Part shown: positions 17,693-26,039 of the stretch, piece after piece | Position numbering within the stretch: position 1 is the first letter of the stretch | Layout: every line of letters starts with the position of its first letter | Position numbers and translations under genes: made by a program | Source: Candidatus Iainarchaeum sp. | GTDB lineage: Archaea > Iainarchaeota > Iainarchaeia > Iainarchaeales > JAZDEL01 | Direction: 5' to 3' | DNA: 32,000 bases | Assembly: GCA_043808785.1 (NCBI GenBank) | Contig: JAZDEL010000006.1 | Span: 81,831 to 113,830, forward strand | Notes under the pieces: generated by a model | The model's database searches: none | What the model was told of the DNA's origin: nothing | Seen by the model: only the letters and a program-made list of their open reading frames with translations

Positions 17693-19054
17693 ATGCTTAT
17701 GGGCTTCCTTGATTCCCTCCTTGATTTCCTGAACTCGATTTTCGGCAGGCGCCCGCAGCGCGGCGCAGCTGCAAGGCAGATTGTCCAGCGCGCGAAGCCC
17801 GTTACTCTGGAAGAGGCGCGGCAGCTCGCGGAGGAAAAATCCAAAACAAGCTTCGACGAATTGGAACGCGTAGCCTTTGCGCGCTTTGCGGAGATAAAGC
17901 ACCTCCTCACGGAAATAAAAAACGAGCTCAATAATTTCGAGTCCCGCAACCTCGAGGAGGAGGAAGGGAACCAGCGCCTTCGCAAAATTGTGGAAACAAG
18001 CAAGCGCAACCTCACAAGGCAGATGCACACACTCGCGGAAAAACTATCCCCTCCAGAATCGCACGAGTATGCAGTGCTCCGCCAGTACTGCCTCAACTCA
18101 AGCGCAATCCTTTCCGAGGAAGTGAACACCTTCGGCAGGAACGTGATGTACACAGGCATCCTTATGAAAAAAGAGGTGAAAAACCTCGGCGGATATATAA
18201 ATGAACTTAACACAATCTTCCTCGGCCTTAAAACAATGTTCGAGTCCGGCGGCACGGGAAAGGCGCTCTCGGCAAAAAGCAGCCTTAAGCAATTGCAGCG
18301 CGCACTCGACGAAAGGGAACTGATCCTCAAGGACGCGAGAGCGGTTAAAGGGCACCTTGCAGCGCTCACGGAAGAAAGGCGTGCAAAGGAAGCCGCATTA
18401 AGCGCAACGCGTGATTCTGCTGACGCAAAGGAACTCGGCGTGCTGGAGGCAAAAAAGGCAAGCCAATTGAGGGAAAAACAGGAACTCAAAAACAAGTTCA
18501 TAAATCTCCTTGCGCCCATAGACAGGCCGCTGAACAGGTTCATGAAGCTTGCTGAAAGCGGCGCATACCCGCTCAGCGACGCCGAGCGCGCCCTCCTTAA
18601 CGCATACATGACAAACCCTTTCCACGCGGCAAAGCAGGACCCCAAGGCGCAGATGCTGAAGAAAATGCTCAAGGAAGTCGAAAACCTCGTGCATGAGGAG
18701 AAGATAAAGCTCAAGGAAAAGGAAGCCGCAAAAATGCTGCGCTCAATAGCCGAACTGCAGGACTATGATTTCTTCGGAGAACTTTTCTGGAGGCTCAACT
18801 CAATAGATGTCGAACTCATTGCAACGGAAAAAAGCATAGCCACCTCAAAGGCGGGTTCCGCAATAATGGCGCTCGAGCGCGAGATAAGGAACCTGGACAG
18901 GGCATACTCCGAGCAGGGTGCACTCCTTAAGGCGGAGGAGCAGAAACTCCTTTCAAAGGACGATGAAATCGCCGGCTTCAGGGAAAGCGCGGAAACCATG
19001 CTGCAGGGCCTTGCGGGAACGCCAGTTGCGATAAAAGTCCCTGCCGATAGCTAA
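17693..19054 (+). CDS. long coiled-coil protein with N-terminal amphipathic helix; function unknown
   Basis: 453 aa, rich in E/K/L/A. The N-terminus is MLMGFLDSLLDFLNSIFGRR. The 347 aa antisense ORF (17671-18714) is S/F/L-rich, which is typical of a shadow frame. Confidence 0.6.
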   Translation: MLMGFLDSLLDFLNSIFGRRPQRGAAARQIVQRAKPVTLEEARQLAEEKSKTSFDELERVAFARFAEIKHLLTEIKNELNNFESRNLEEEEGNQRLRKIVETSKRNLTRQMHTLAEKLSPPESHEYAVLRQYCLNSSAILSEEVNTFGRNVMYTGILMKKEVKNLGGYINELNTIFLGLKTMFESGGTGKALSAKSSLKQLQRALDERELILKDARAVKGHLAALTEERRAKEAALSATRDSADAKELGVLEAKKASQLREKQELKNKFINLLAPIDRPLNRFMKLAESGAYPLSDAERALLNAYMTNPFHAAKQDPKAQMLKKMLKEVENLVHEEKIKLKEKEAAKMLRSIAELQDYDFFGELFWRLNSIDVELIATEKSIATSKAGSAIMALEREIRNLDRAYSEQGALLKAEEQKLLSKDDEIAGFRESAETMLQGLAGTPVAIKVPADS

Positions 19055-19088
19055 AGCCCGCGGAAATTTAAAACTAAATCAGGCGCGC

Positions 19089-19862
19089 CTACTCTATCTT
19101 CACAACCTTGTCGCAGAACTGGCTTATTGTCTGCAGTATCCCCGAATACTCGTCCGAGCGCACGAAGATAAGCACGCCCTTGACCCTGTTCTGGTTTGCT
19201 TTCCCTATAAGCGAATGCGTGAACTTCTTCACACCCTCCGCGGAATTATACACAAGCAGCGTTGATACGGAATCCAGAATAAGGAATTTCTTGTTCTGCT
19301 GTATTGCGCCCATTTTCTTCTCAATTGCAAGCATAAGGTCCGTAAGTTCCGCAGCGGAATTTATGTATGTGACATTCCGCTCCCTTAGCATGACCCCTTC
19401 GGACATCCTTGTGACTACATCTATGAAATCTATGCCCTCCCACTTGATGCCGCGCTTCTCAAGCTCCTCTTTCGTTTTTTCGTAGCTCTTGTTCACGCAG
19501 ACATATACGCCAGGCATTTTCTCCGCATTGACGAAACGCCTGAGCAGGCCTATCCTCATTTCCCCGTATTCCTCCGGCTCGACAATGGCAAGCACGCAGT
19601 AGTTCCCCTTGAGGTCGCCGAGCCCCCTCTCGATCTTGACATCCATTTTCGAATCAGGGCTGAGCAGGCGCCTTACCTGCTCGTCCTCTATGTCATCCAT
19701 ATTTTCGAGGTCCAGCAGTTCGGCCGCGGCCGCCCGTTTTAATTTCGCGGCATCGCCAAAAACTTTTGGCGCCCCTTCTTCGGCCTTCTTGCCCGCCGCC
19801 TGCCCGGCATTTTTTCCCGAACCCTTTGCCGCGGCCTTTTCACTAACCTTTGCCGCAGGCAT
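19089..19862 (-). CDS. KaiC/RecA-fold paralogue without Walker A (DUF835/MEDS-like), with basic disordered N-terminus
   Basis: 257 aa. No GxxGxGK[ST] motif. It keeps a Walker-B-like strand, FLILDSVSTLLVYNS..KFTHSLIGK, paralogous to ORF 20778-21731. Its start overlaps the stop of the upstream KaiC-like gene (TGATG). Confidence 0.55.
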   Translation of the reverse strand: MPAAKVSEKAAAKGSGKNAGQAAGKKAEEGAPKVFGDAAKLKRAAAAELLDLENMDDIEDEQVRRLLSPDSKMDVKIERGLGDLKGNYCVLAIVEPEEYGEMRIGLLRRFVNAEKMPGVYVCVNKSYEKTKEELEKRGIKWEGIDFIDVVTRMSEGVMLRERNVTYINSAAELTDLMLAIEKKMGAIQQNKKFLILDSVSTLLVYNSAEGVKKFTHSLIGKANQNRVKGVLIFVRSDEYSGILQTISQFCDKVVKIE

Positions 19863-20647
19863 CAGCCCACTTCCTCGAACAGTTCGGCCTTTGTGAGAAC
19901 CTTTACCCCGTTGTCGGTTATTTGTATTGGTTTCAGCTGTTCCGATATTTCAGTGTTCCGCATCTTCAGTATGCCTATGCTCCTCACAAACCTGTTCCTT
20001 AGCTTGGTGTGGTATAAAAGCAGCACCCCGTCGGCAACATATTCCTCGAGCCCGTAAAGGCTCTGCGTTTTATCCAGTGAAATCTCGCTTGTTATTATGG
20101 TTGTGCAGCCTATCCTCTTGAACATTTTCCCGAGGGAAACAATCCTCTTCCTTGCCTCGAGTTCCCTGTCGAAAAACAGCTTGAAAATTACGCCAGGGTC
20201 TATTACGACCCTTACGGCATTTATGCTCGCCACCGTGTCCTCGACAGCGTTCTTCAGCCTTTCAAAATCGTAAAGTTCTATGGTTATTATCTTCAGCTTC
20301 TCCTGGTCGATAAGTTCCTTAATGTCCATGCCGAACTCGAGCGCGCCGCTCACAATCGCGTCTTCGGTTTCCTCAAGGCTGACATAAACGCCGCTTTCGC
20401 CGTATTTCTTCGCACCCTCGTAAAGGAACTGCAGGCAGAAAACGGTTTTCCCCGAACCGGGGTCGCCACTCAGCACGACAAGGTTCCCCCGCGGTATGCC
20501 CCCTCCTATCATTTCATCAAGCCCGGGTATGCCGGAAAACGTCCTCTCCACAACGCACTTTCCGTCCTTCATACTTATGTTTAGCCTCCTCCCCCCTGGC
20601 TTTTCTGCAGCCGGCTTCGGCGCCCTTTCCGCGGTTTTCTCCTTCAT
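19862..20647 (-). CDS. single-domain KaiC-like (RecA-superfamily) ATPase
   Basis: FSGIPGLDEMIGGGIPRGNLVVLSGDPGSGKTVFCLQFL (Walker A)...RVVIDPG...YVADGVLLLY...RSIGILKMRNTE. The ATG at 20647 lies 26 nt downstream of TATATAAA. The track start at 20716 is TTG. Confidence 0.85.
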   Translation of the reverse strand: MKEKTAERAPKPAAEKPGGRRLNISMKDGKCVVERTFSGIPGLDEMIGGGIPRGNLVVLSGDPGSGKTVFCLQFLYEGAKKYGESGVYVSLEETEDAIVSGALEFGMDIKELIDQEKLKIITIELYDFERLKNAVEDTVASINAVRVVIDPGVIFKLFFDRELEARKRIVSLGKMFKRIGCTTIITSEISLDKTQSLYGLEEYVADGVLLLYHTKLRNRFVRSIGILKMRNTEISEQLKPIQITDNGVKVLTKAELFEEVG

Positions 20648-20672
20648 GCTTGCAATATTATGGCTGATGGGG

Positions 20673-20680
20673 TTTATATA
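20673..20680 (-). promoter_or_regulatory. TATA box (TATATAAA on the minus strand) for the KaiC-like/partner bicistron; leaderless geometry
   Basis: Read directly from the sequence. Its 3' end is 26 nt from the ATG at 20647. Confidence 0.5.
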
Positions 20681-20721
20681 GTTAATTCCGCGGTTTTTTC
20701 CGCAGCCCGCGCCCAAAATTG

Positions 20722-20738
20722 CAAACGTTTTTATATTT
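20722..20738 (+). promoter_or_regulatory. BRE/TATA-like CAAACGTTTTTATATTT upstream of ORF 20778
   Basis: The TATA lies ~40 nt upstream of the ATG, with AAGGTG 8 nt before the ATG. The 14 nt core is identical to the one at 22924-22937 on the other strand. Confidence 0.5.
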
Positions 20739-20777
20739 GCGGTGCGTTATCTTGTTCAGCGGCTTTAAGGTGCCCCC

Positions 20778-21731
20778 ATGCTGACACTTTTAATAATCCC
20801 GAACAAGGAATACCAGGAGGACGTGATGCGCCTCGCAAAGCAGCTGGGCGCGCGCTATGAAAAAATATGCTATGTCAGCCTCAACGAGCTCTACGGCTCC
20901 CTGAAAAAAACTTTTGTCAGGAACGGCATACCCGTGCAGAAATTTTTTGTGGTTGACGCAATAACCCGCAGGACAGACGCATGCAGGAAGCCCGAAGGCG
21001 GCTGCGTTTTCGTCAGTTCGCCCAACTCCCTCATCGAGCTCAGCCTTGCCATAACCGGCGCAATGCGCGCCCAGGGCTCGCAGCTGATGCTTTTCGATTC
21101 CGTCTCAACACTGCTCATTTATGAATCCGTGGACATAGTGACAAAATTCATGCATTCGCTTGTCGGCAAGGTAAAGGAAGCGGGGGCCGACAGCATTTTC
21201 ATCGCCCTGCAGAGCGACATAAACAGCGAAACAGTAAAGGACCTCGAGATGTTCGTCAATGAAACCATCACGATGGACGAGTACAATGTCAGGAACGAGA
21301 TGAAGGAGAAAGCCACGCAGCGTACCCGGATTTCGCAGGTGCCGAAGCCAAATCCCGCAAAGCGGCCAAAACTCGCCCTTAACCCTGGAATGATCGAGGT
21401 CGGGGGCAAGCCTGTGGAAGTTCCCGCAAAGCCGACACTGCCCAGGCCCGCGCCGGTGCCAAAGCCCGCCGTTCCACAAATGCATACGCCCGCGGAAAAG
21501 CCGAAACCGGCCCAAGTGCCAAAGCCTGTGCAGTTCCCGGCGCAGCGGCGGCCAACCGAACCAGCGGCAGCCGTAGCGCAAGCGCCAAAGCCCGCGCAGC
21601 CGCCAAAGAAGCCGCGCGCAAAAAACGGCGTTCCGCAAGCAGTGCGGTCGGAAGAAGAAACGCGGAGTGAAGAAGAGCCGCATGGCGAAGGCGAACCGCG
21701 GGGTGAAGAAGAAAATAAGCAGTACGGCTAA
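20778..21731 (+). CDS. KaiC/RecA-fold paralogue without Walker A (DUF835/MEDS-like), with long Pro/Lys-rich then acidic C-terminal tail
   Basis: 317 aa. The N-terminal ~170 aa are paralogous to ORF 19089-19862 (LMLFDSVSTLLIYESVDIVTKFMHSLVGK). The tail reads PKPNPAKRPK...PAPVPKPAVPQ...KPKPAQVPKPVQFP...PKPAQPPKKPRAK...EEETRSEEEPHGEGEPRGEEE. Confidence 0.6.
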   Translation: MLTLLIIPNKEYQEDVMRLAKQLGARYEKICYVSLNELYGSLKKTFVRNGIPVQKFFVVDAITRRTDACRKPEGGCVFVSSPNSLIELSLAITGAMRAQGSQLMLFDSVSTLLIYESVDIVTKFMHSLVGKVKEAGADSIFIALQSDINSETVKDLEMFVNETITMDEYNVRNEMKEKATQRTRISQVPKPNPAKRPKLALNPGMIEVGGKPVEVPAKPTLPRPAPVPKPAVPQMHTPAEKPKPAQVPKPVQFPAQRRPTEPAAAVAQAPKPAQPPKKPRAKNGVPQAVRSEEETRSEEEPHGEGEPRGEEENKQYG

Positions 21732-21768
21732 AAAGAAAATCGAACCTTTGGCGCAATCACGTGCCCCT

Positions 21769-22899
21769 TTACCTGAACAGTTCCTGGTCTATGTAAACCT
21801 CTATCCCCCGCCCCGTGATTTTGTAGGGCACAATTTTCTTGTCGTGGTTCGATGACCTCAATTTGAGTATCTCGAGCCCGCGCTCCCTCATGTTGTGTAT
21901 GCGTATGTTGTAAAGCACAATGACCCCGTCGGCAAGGAACTCCTCAATGCCGCTCCTGCTGTATACGCCCGGTTCCTGTTCCGTCTCCCCCAGCACTATG
22001 TTCACAGAATTGTATTTCTCAAGCGTTTCGAACAGGTGCCTCAAATACTGCCTGTAAGCCTGCTCATTCTCCATGAACGCAATGCTCAGCGCAGAAAGCG
22101 AGTCGACAACAACCCTGTCAGGCCTGAAAGGCAGGTTCAGCTTGAATGGCAGTTCGATATCGTCGACATCTATATACAATCCGCCGCGCTCCTTTGTAAG
22201 CATCGCCTCCACAGCCCGTGCAATTGTAAGCGGGTCCTGCTTTAGTATTAGCAGTTTGCCCTCGTCCTCCATCCTGTACAAATCCCAGCCGAAGTTCTGC
22301 AGCAGGTTCTCCTTCATTTTTTCCGCGCTCTCCTCAAGGGTTATGTAAACGCAGTGCTCGCCGTGCAGCGCCGCATTGTAAAGCGACTGCATAGCAAATG
22401 TTGTCTTCCCCGTGCCGCACCCCCCGGAAAGCAGTATTGTGTCCCCGCGCTTAAGCCCGCCCCTCTCCACAAGCTTGTCGAAATCGCTCACCCTCAGCGG
22501 CATTATCTCCCTGAACTGCGCCTTTCCCCTACCGCTTGGAAGTTCCGTGTAAGCAATGCCCTTAACCGCACCGCCAGCAGTGTTCCCCGCCGCAGCCACG
22601 TATTCGTAGGTTTGCCCTTCCGCCCCCTCCCCACGCCACTGCCCGCCATCCTCGCCACCGACTATTTTTTCCCTTATTTTCCCGAGCTCGCCCTTCGGCT
22701 TCATGAATCCCGCAAAAAGCCCGCCAAGAACCCCCTTTCCCCTCCCCTTTTCCGCAACAGCCTTTGCCCCCTTTATTATCTGCCCGGCCTCCTCATCGGA
22801 CAGCCCGGCTTCCACAAGGCTTGCCTCAATCTCGGCATCATGTACGCCCTCCTTCAGCATCCTGCCCGCGGCAGAGCGCAGTATCTCGTTTTTTCCCAT
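21769..22899 (-). CDS. KaiC-like ATPase with ~150 aa N-terminal extension (small helical module plus Gly-rich linker)
   Basis: GDTILLSGGCGTGKTTFAMQSLY (Walker A)...RVVVDSLSALSIAF (Walker B)...FLADGVIVLYN...LEILKLRSSNH. The N-terminus reads MLKEGVHDAEIEASLVEAGLSDEEAGQIIKGA. Confidence 0.85.
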   Translation of the reverse strand: MGKNEILRSAAGRMLKEGVHDAEIEASLVEAGLSDEEAGQIIKGAKAVAEKGRGKGVLGGLFAGFMKPKGELGKIREKIVGGEDGGQWRGEGAEGQTYEYVAAAGNTAGGAVKGIAYTELPSGRGKAQFREIMPLRVSDFDKLVERGGLKRGDTILLSGGCGTGKTTFAMQSLYNAALHGEHCVYITLEESAEKMKENLLQNFGWDLYRMEDEGKLLILKQDPLTIARAVEAMLTKERGGLYIDVDDIELPFKLNLPFRPDRVVVDSLSALSIAFMENEQAYRQYLRHLFETLEKYNSVNIVLGETEQEPGVYSRSGIEEFLADGVIVLYNIRIHNMRERGLEILKLRSSNHDKKIVPYKITGRGIEVYIDQELFR

Positions 22900-22923
22900 A
22901 GCACATGATAACTGCTCTATTTG

Positions 22924-22937
22924 TATAAAAACGTTTG
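22924..22937 (-). promoter_or_regulatory. BRE/TATA-like CAAACGTTTTTATA, 25 nt upstream of the ATG at 22899 (leaderless geometry)
   Basis: The minus strand reads GAACAAACGTTTTTATACAAATAG. The core is identical to 20722-20735. Confidence 0.5.
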
Positions 22938-23035
22938 TTCAGGCTCCCGCAGGCTGCGCGCGCAGAACCGAAGGCAGCCGGCAAAACCCGCGCACATTTT
23001 CCGCCTTTGCGCCCGCGCCAGGAATGCCGAGGCGG

Positions 23036-24262
23036 TTATTTCCCCCCTTTCTTCCCCCGCGTGCCCAGTTCCTCAATCCTCTCCTCGATCCTCGTTATCC
23101 TCGCCTTGTATTCCGCAAGCATTTTCTTGTACGCCTTTGCAGGCATTATGCCCTTCCTGAAATATTCGTCCTGCAGCGATTTCATGAGTTCCGAGTTTTT
23201 CGCCCATTCCGCCTCGAGCGACTCGAGCTCGCCGCCCCTTTTTGCCCTGCCGTAAATCCGTGCGGCAATAAATGCGAGCGCCGCAACCAATGCAATTATG
23301 TACGCCGCATATGTTGAAACAAACCACTCCGCCCAGCCTGTTGCAACAGCGTTCACAATCGCCGAACCGGAATTTCCCGCACTGTCCGCAGCGCGTATCT
23401 CGATGCCCATTGCGCCCTCATCCCCGCCCACGGTCATTAAAACTCCGGAATAATCGCCGTTCTCATCCCGCGTGAGTGCGGTTTCCCTGCCGTTAAGGGT
23501 TGCGGAAACAACCGTGCCGCTTGCAGCATCCGCGGCCTTGCCCCCGGAATAACTGGCCCCGACTTTCAGGGGAATTCCCGAACCGAGGCTGAACGACCTT
23601 GCCTTCGGCTCTATAATCTCTATGCCAAGCGCCGCCTTTTCAATTGCAAGCCCTATTGCCGTCTCGCCGCCGCGCTTTTCAGCACCGCTTCCGCTCTCCG
23701 CAACCACAATAACGCTCCACTTTCCCTCCGATGCATCGTAAGGAATTTCGTAATCGAGGTGGTAAATTCCGTTCCCCCTGTTTTCAAGCATTGTCTTTTC
23801 CCCCACGGCATTCCATGTGAAAACCCTGCCGTCGGCAACCCCCTCCCCCGAATCCGTTACCTTCACGCTTATTGTAATGCCCCCCGCCCTTTCATAACTC
23901 CCCCCGGGCGGGCTGAGGAACCTTATTACGTAATATGCGGATTCGTGCACCTGCGCAATGCTCAGCCTTGCTTCCGCAAGTTCCCCGCGGTTTTCAAGGA
24001 AAATTTCCCACTGCCCCGAAGGGTCGAGGTAACCTGTTTCATAACTTGTTTTGAAATATCCCGCCCCTTCGCACACAACCTCGCGCTCGAAAACAACCGC
24101 CCTTTCCCTTGCCGCATACAGCCTGTTTTTTCCCTCCGAGCAGAGCCCCTCTATTGAAATAACTTCCCCCTTTGCGTAAACCTTCTTGTCCGTGGCAATA
24201 TTGAGCGCGGAAACCTGCGCAGCGGCAAAAACCAGCACGGCAATAACCGCCGCAACCCTCAT
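23036..24262 (-). CDS. secreted single-pass membrane protein: signal peptide, beta-sandwich (MG/Ig-like) ectodomain, TM helix, short helical cytoplasmic tail
   Basis: Start chosen at MRVAAVIAVLVFAAAQVSA (ATG 24262, GGGGG 3 nt upstream). TDKKVYAKGEVISIEG is an MG-like strand motif. TM segment is YAAYIIALVAALAFIAARIY. Tail is LQDEYFRKGIMPAKAYKKMLAEYKARI. Confidence 0.7.
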   Translation of the reverse strand: MRVAAVIAVLVFAAAQVSALNIATDKKVYAKGEVISIEGLCSEGKNRLYAARERAVVFEREVVCEGAGYFKTSYETGYLDPSGQWEIFLENRGELAEARLSIAQVHESAYYVIRFLSPPGGSYERAGGITISVKVTDSGEGVADGRVFTWNAVGEKTMLENRGNGIYHLDYEIPYDASEGKWSVIVVAESGSGAEKRGGETAIGLAIEKAALGIEIIEPKARSFSLGSGIPLKVGASYSGGKAADAASGTVVSATLNGRETALTRDENGDYSGVLMTVGGDEGAMGIEIRAADSAGNSGSAIVNAVATGWAEWFVSTYAAYIIALVAALAFIAARIYGRAKRGGELESLEAEWAKNSELMKSLQDEYFRKGIMPAKAYKKMLAEYKARITRIEERIEELGTRGKKGGK

Positions 24263-24278
24263 AGCCCCCGCGCCCAAT

Positions 24279-26039
24279 TCAACGCCCCCTCTCCTTCTCA
24301 ATCTCGGCCTTGTATTTGCCTTCAAGCCCATAATATTCTTCCGCATTCATCGCGCCTTTAAAGTATCTCGCCTGCACGCCTTTAATCTTTTCCTCAAGTT
24401 CCATGGTGCGCCGGTTTCTGGCATTCAATTCCGCAGTGCGTTTTCCCCTTATGAACGTTCGCAGAGCCGCGTATGCCGCAATGCAAAGTGCCGAAACCCC
24501 CGCAAACACAACAACCGGCTGTAACCCTGGTTCAGGCCCTGCGTTTCCCGCAACCTCAACATTATCCCTGGCGCCTTCGCATCCGAACTCCGTGCACAGG
24601 CTTGCAAATTCAATTTCCACGGCAGCCCTGCCCTCCTGCCTCGCCCCTTCCACGTTTTTCACGGCAATAACCCGGCAATCCCCAAACTTTCCACCCTCGA
24701 AATCGGCTGCCCCTGAAAACAAATACCTCCCCCACGCAACCTCCCTAAGTTCGGCGGTGCTGCCGTCTGGATACACGAGCAGTACCTTTGCGCCGTCCAC
24801 TGCGCCGAAGTTCTCGTCAGTTACATCAACAGTGAATTCTATCTTCTCCCCCTCGGCGTAACTTCCATTTTTCAGCCCGCCGATGTCCAGGTTCAGGAAC
24901 GATTTAACCTCTGCAGGGAACATGAATATGCCCTCAACCGCACTTTCGGGGTATTCCCCGCCCTCTTCCCCCATCCCCGATGCGATTATCCTCAGCATTC
25001 CCTCTGGGCTCGCATCCGTGCCCCTATATTCCGCCGCGAACCCCCCATCCACACCGCTCTCCGTCCGCGCGCGCCATACTGCAAAAGCCCCGTTGTTAAT
25101 TTCCAGTTCAAGTTCTGCCGCAATTCCCTTCCCGCCCTTTACAACAGTGCCGCTTATTTTCACCGTGTCGCCCTTTGTGTAATTCTTCCTGTCCGCAGAA
25201 ACGGTTATGTAGAAATCAGGCCTTATTTCATACACACGCTCAGCATGTGCCCTCGCACCGGCAAATTCCGCGTCGATCCCGACAATGTGCGCACCGTATT
25301 CCGCATCCTCGGGCACAATGCCGCTGTTGCCGTACACATTGTCGTTCTCGGCCCCGTCATTGTGCGCGCCGTCGTTGTAAAGCTTCAGTTCCCCGAAAAA
25401 CCCGTTCGCATTCACATCCGCACCGCTCACCCCGAACTCTCCGGCATAAACCGCGGCAGAAATAATGATTTTCCCCCCATGCCATAAATCCGTATTTTCA
25501 TCCCCGAGAATCTCGGCCCTTATCGCCTTTGCGCCGCAATCCGCACCGCAGCTCCCGTAATCCTCCCCCTTCTCGCACCTTGCGTTGCCGCAGCACGCGC
25601 TCGCGCTTACCGCCGCGCATTCCGCACCTATGCACGCCCTTTCCTTGCACTCGCCCGGCAGGGCGCCGGAGCACGAGCCGCAGTCCTGCGGGCAGGTGCA
25701 CGGCGTTTCCCCCACCGAAGCCCTGCACTCCGCGTCCCCGCAGCCTTCCAGGCTGCGGCACTCGGCACTGCAGCCGCCCTTTCCCGCGCAAACATCCGTT
25801 GTTGCGGCAATGCCGTCATCGCAGTCCGCGTCGCCCCTGCACGCAACACTGCACTCCGAATGCGAGCAGTACGCCCCGCAATCCCCCGCACCTATGCACG
25901 CGTCGGTTGTGAGCGGGCTGGCATCATCGCACTCTGCGGATGAAGTGCATGCAGGCACGCATTCCGCATTCGAGTAAACGAAAAAAACCTGCAGTGCACA
26001 AAGCATCAGCAGTACGGCCGCAACATGCCATGTTTTCAT
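24279..26039 (-). CDS. secreted single-pass membrane protein with Cys-rich N-terminal repeats; paralogue of ORF 26036-28171
   Basis: 586 aa. Signal peptide MKTWHVAAVLLMLCALQVFF. About 30 Cys in the first 170 aa, in repeated C..C...(A/D)CDD....T.D.C.G...C units. Motif FFGELKLYNDGAHNDGAEND. TM segment VVVFAGVSALCIAAYAAL. Tail VQARYFKGAMNAEEYYGLEGKYKAEI. ATGA overlap with the upstream paralogue. Confidence 0.75.
   Translation of the reverse strand: MKTWHVAAVLLMLCALQVFFVYSNAECVPACTSSAECDDASPLTTDACIGAGDCGAYCSHSECSVACRGDADCDDGIAATTDVCAGKGGCSAECRSLEGCGDAECRASVGETPCTCPQDCGSCSGALPGECKERACIGAECAAVSASACCGNARCEKGEDYGSCGADCGAKAIRAEILGDENTDLWHGGKIIISAAVYAGEFGVSGADVNANGFFGELKLYNDGAHNDGAENDNVYGNSGIVPEDAEYGAHIVGIDAEFAGARAHAERVYEIRPDFYITVSADRKNYTKGDTVKISGTVVKGGKGIAAELELEINNGAFAVWRARTESGVDGGFAAEYRGTDASPEGMLRIIASGMGEEGGEYPESAVEGIFMFPAEVKSFLNLDIGGLKNGSYAEGEKIEFTVDVTDENFGAVDGAKVLLVYPDGSTAELREVAWGRYLFSGAADFEGGKFGDCRVIAVKNVEGARQEGRAAVEIEFASLCTEFGCEGARDNVEVAGNAGPEPGLQPVVVFAGVSALCIAAYAALRTFIRGKRTAELNARNRRTMELEEKIKGVQARYFKGAMNAEEYYGLEGKYKAEIEKERGR

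Noticed and set aside
17671-18714. 347 aa ORF on the minus strand, antisense to the coiled-coil gene
   Set aside because: Its S/F/L/C/A-rich low-complexity composition is the mirror image of an E/K/L-rich coiled-coil frame. It has no motifs and no plausible promoter or SD. It is a shadow ORF.
20648-20716. N-terminal extension of the 261 aa KaiC-like ATPase (track start at 20716)
   Set aside because: That start is TTG. A canonical TATATAAA box lies inside the extension, 26 nt upstream of the ATG at 20647.
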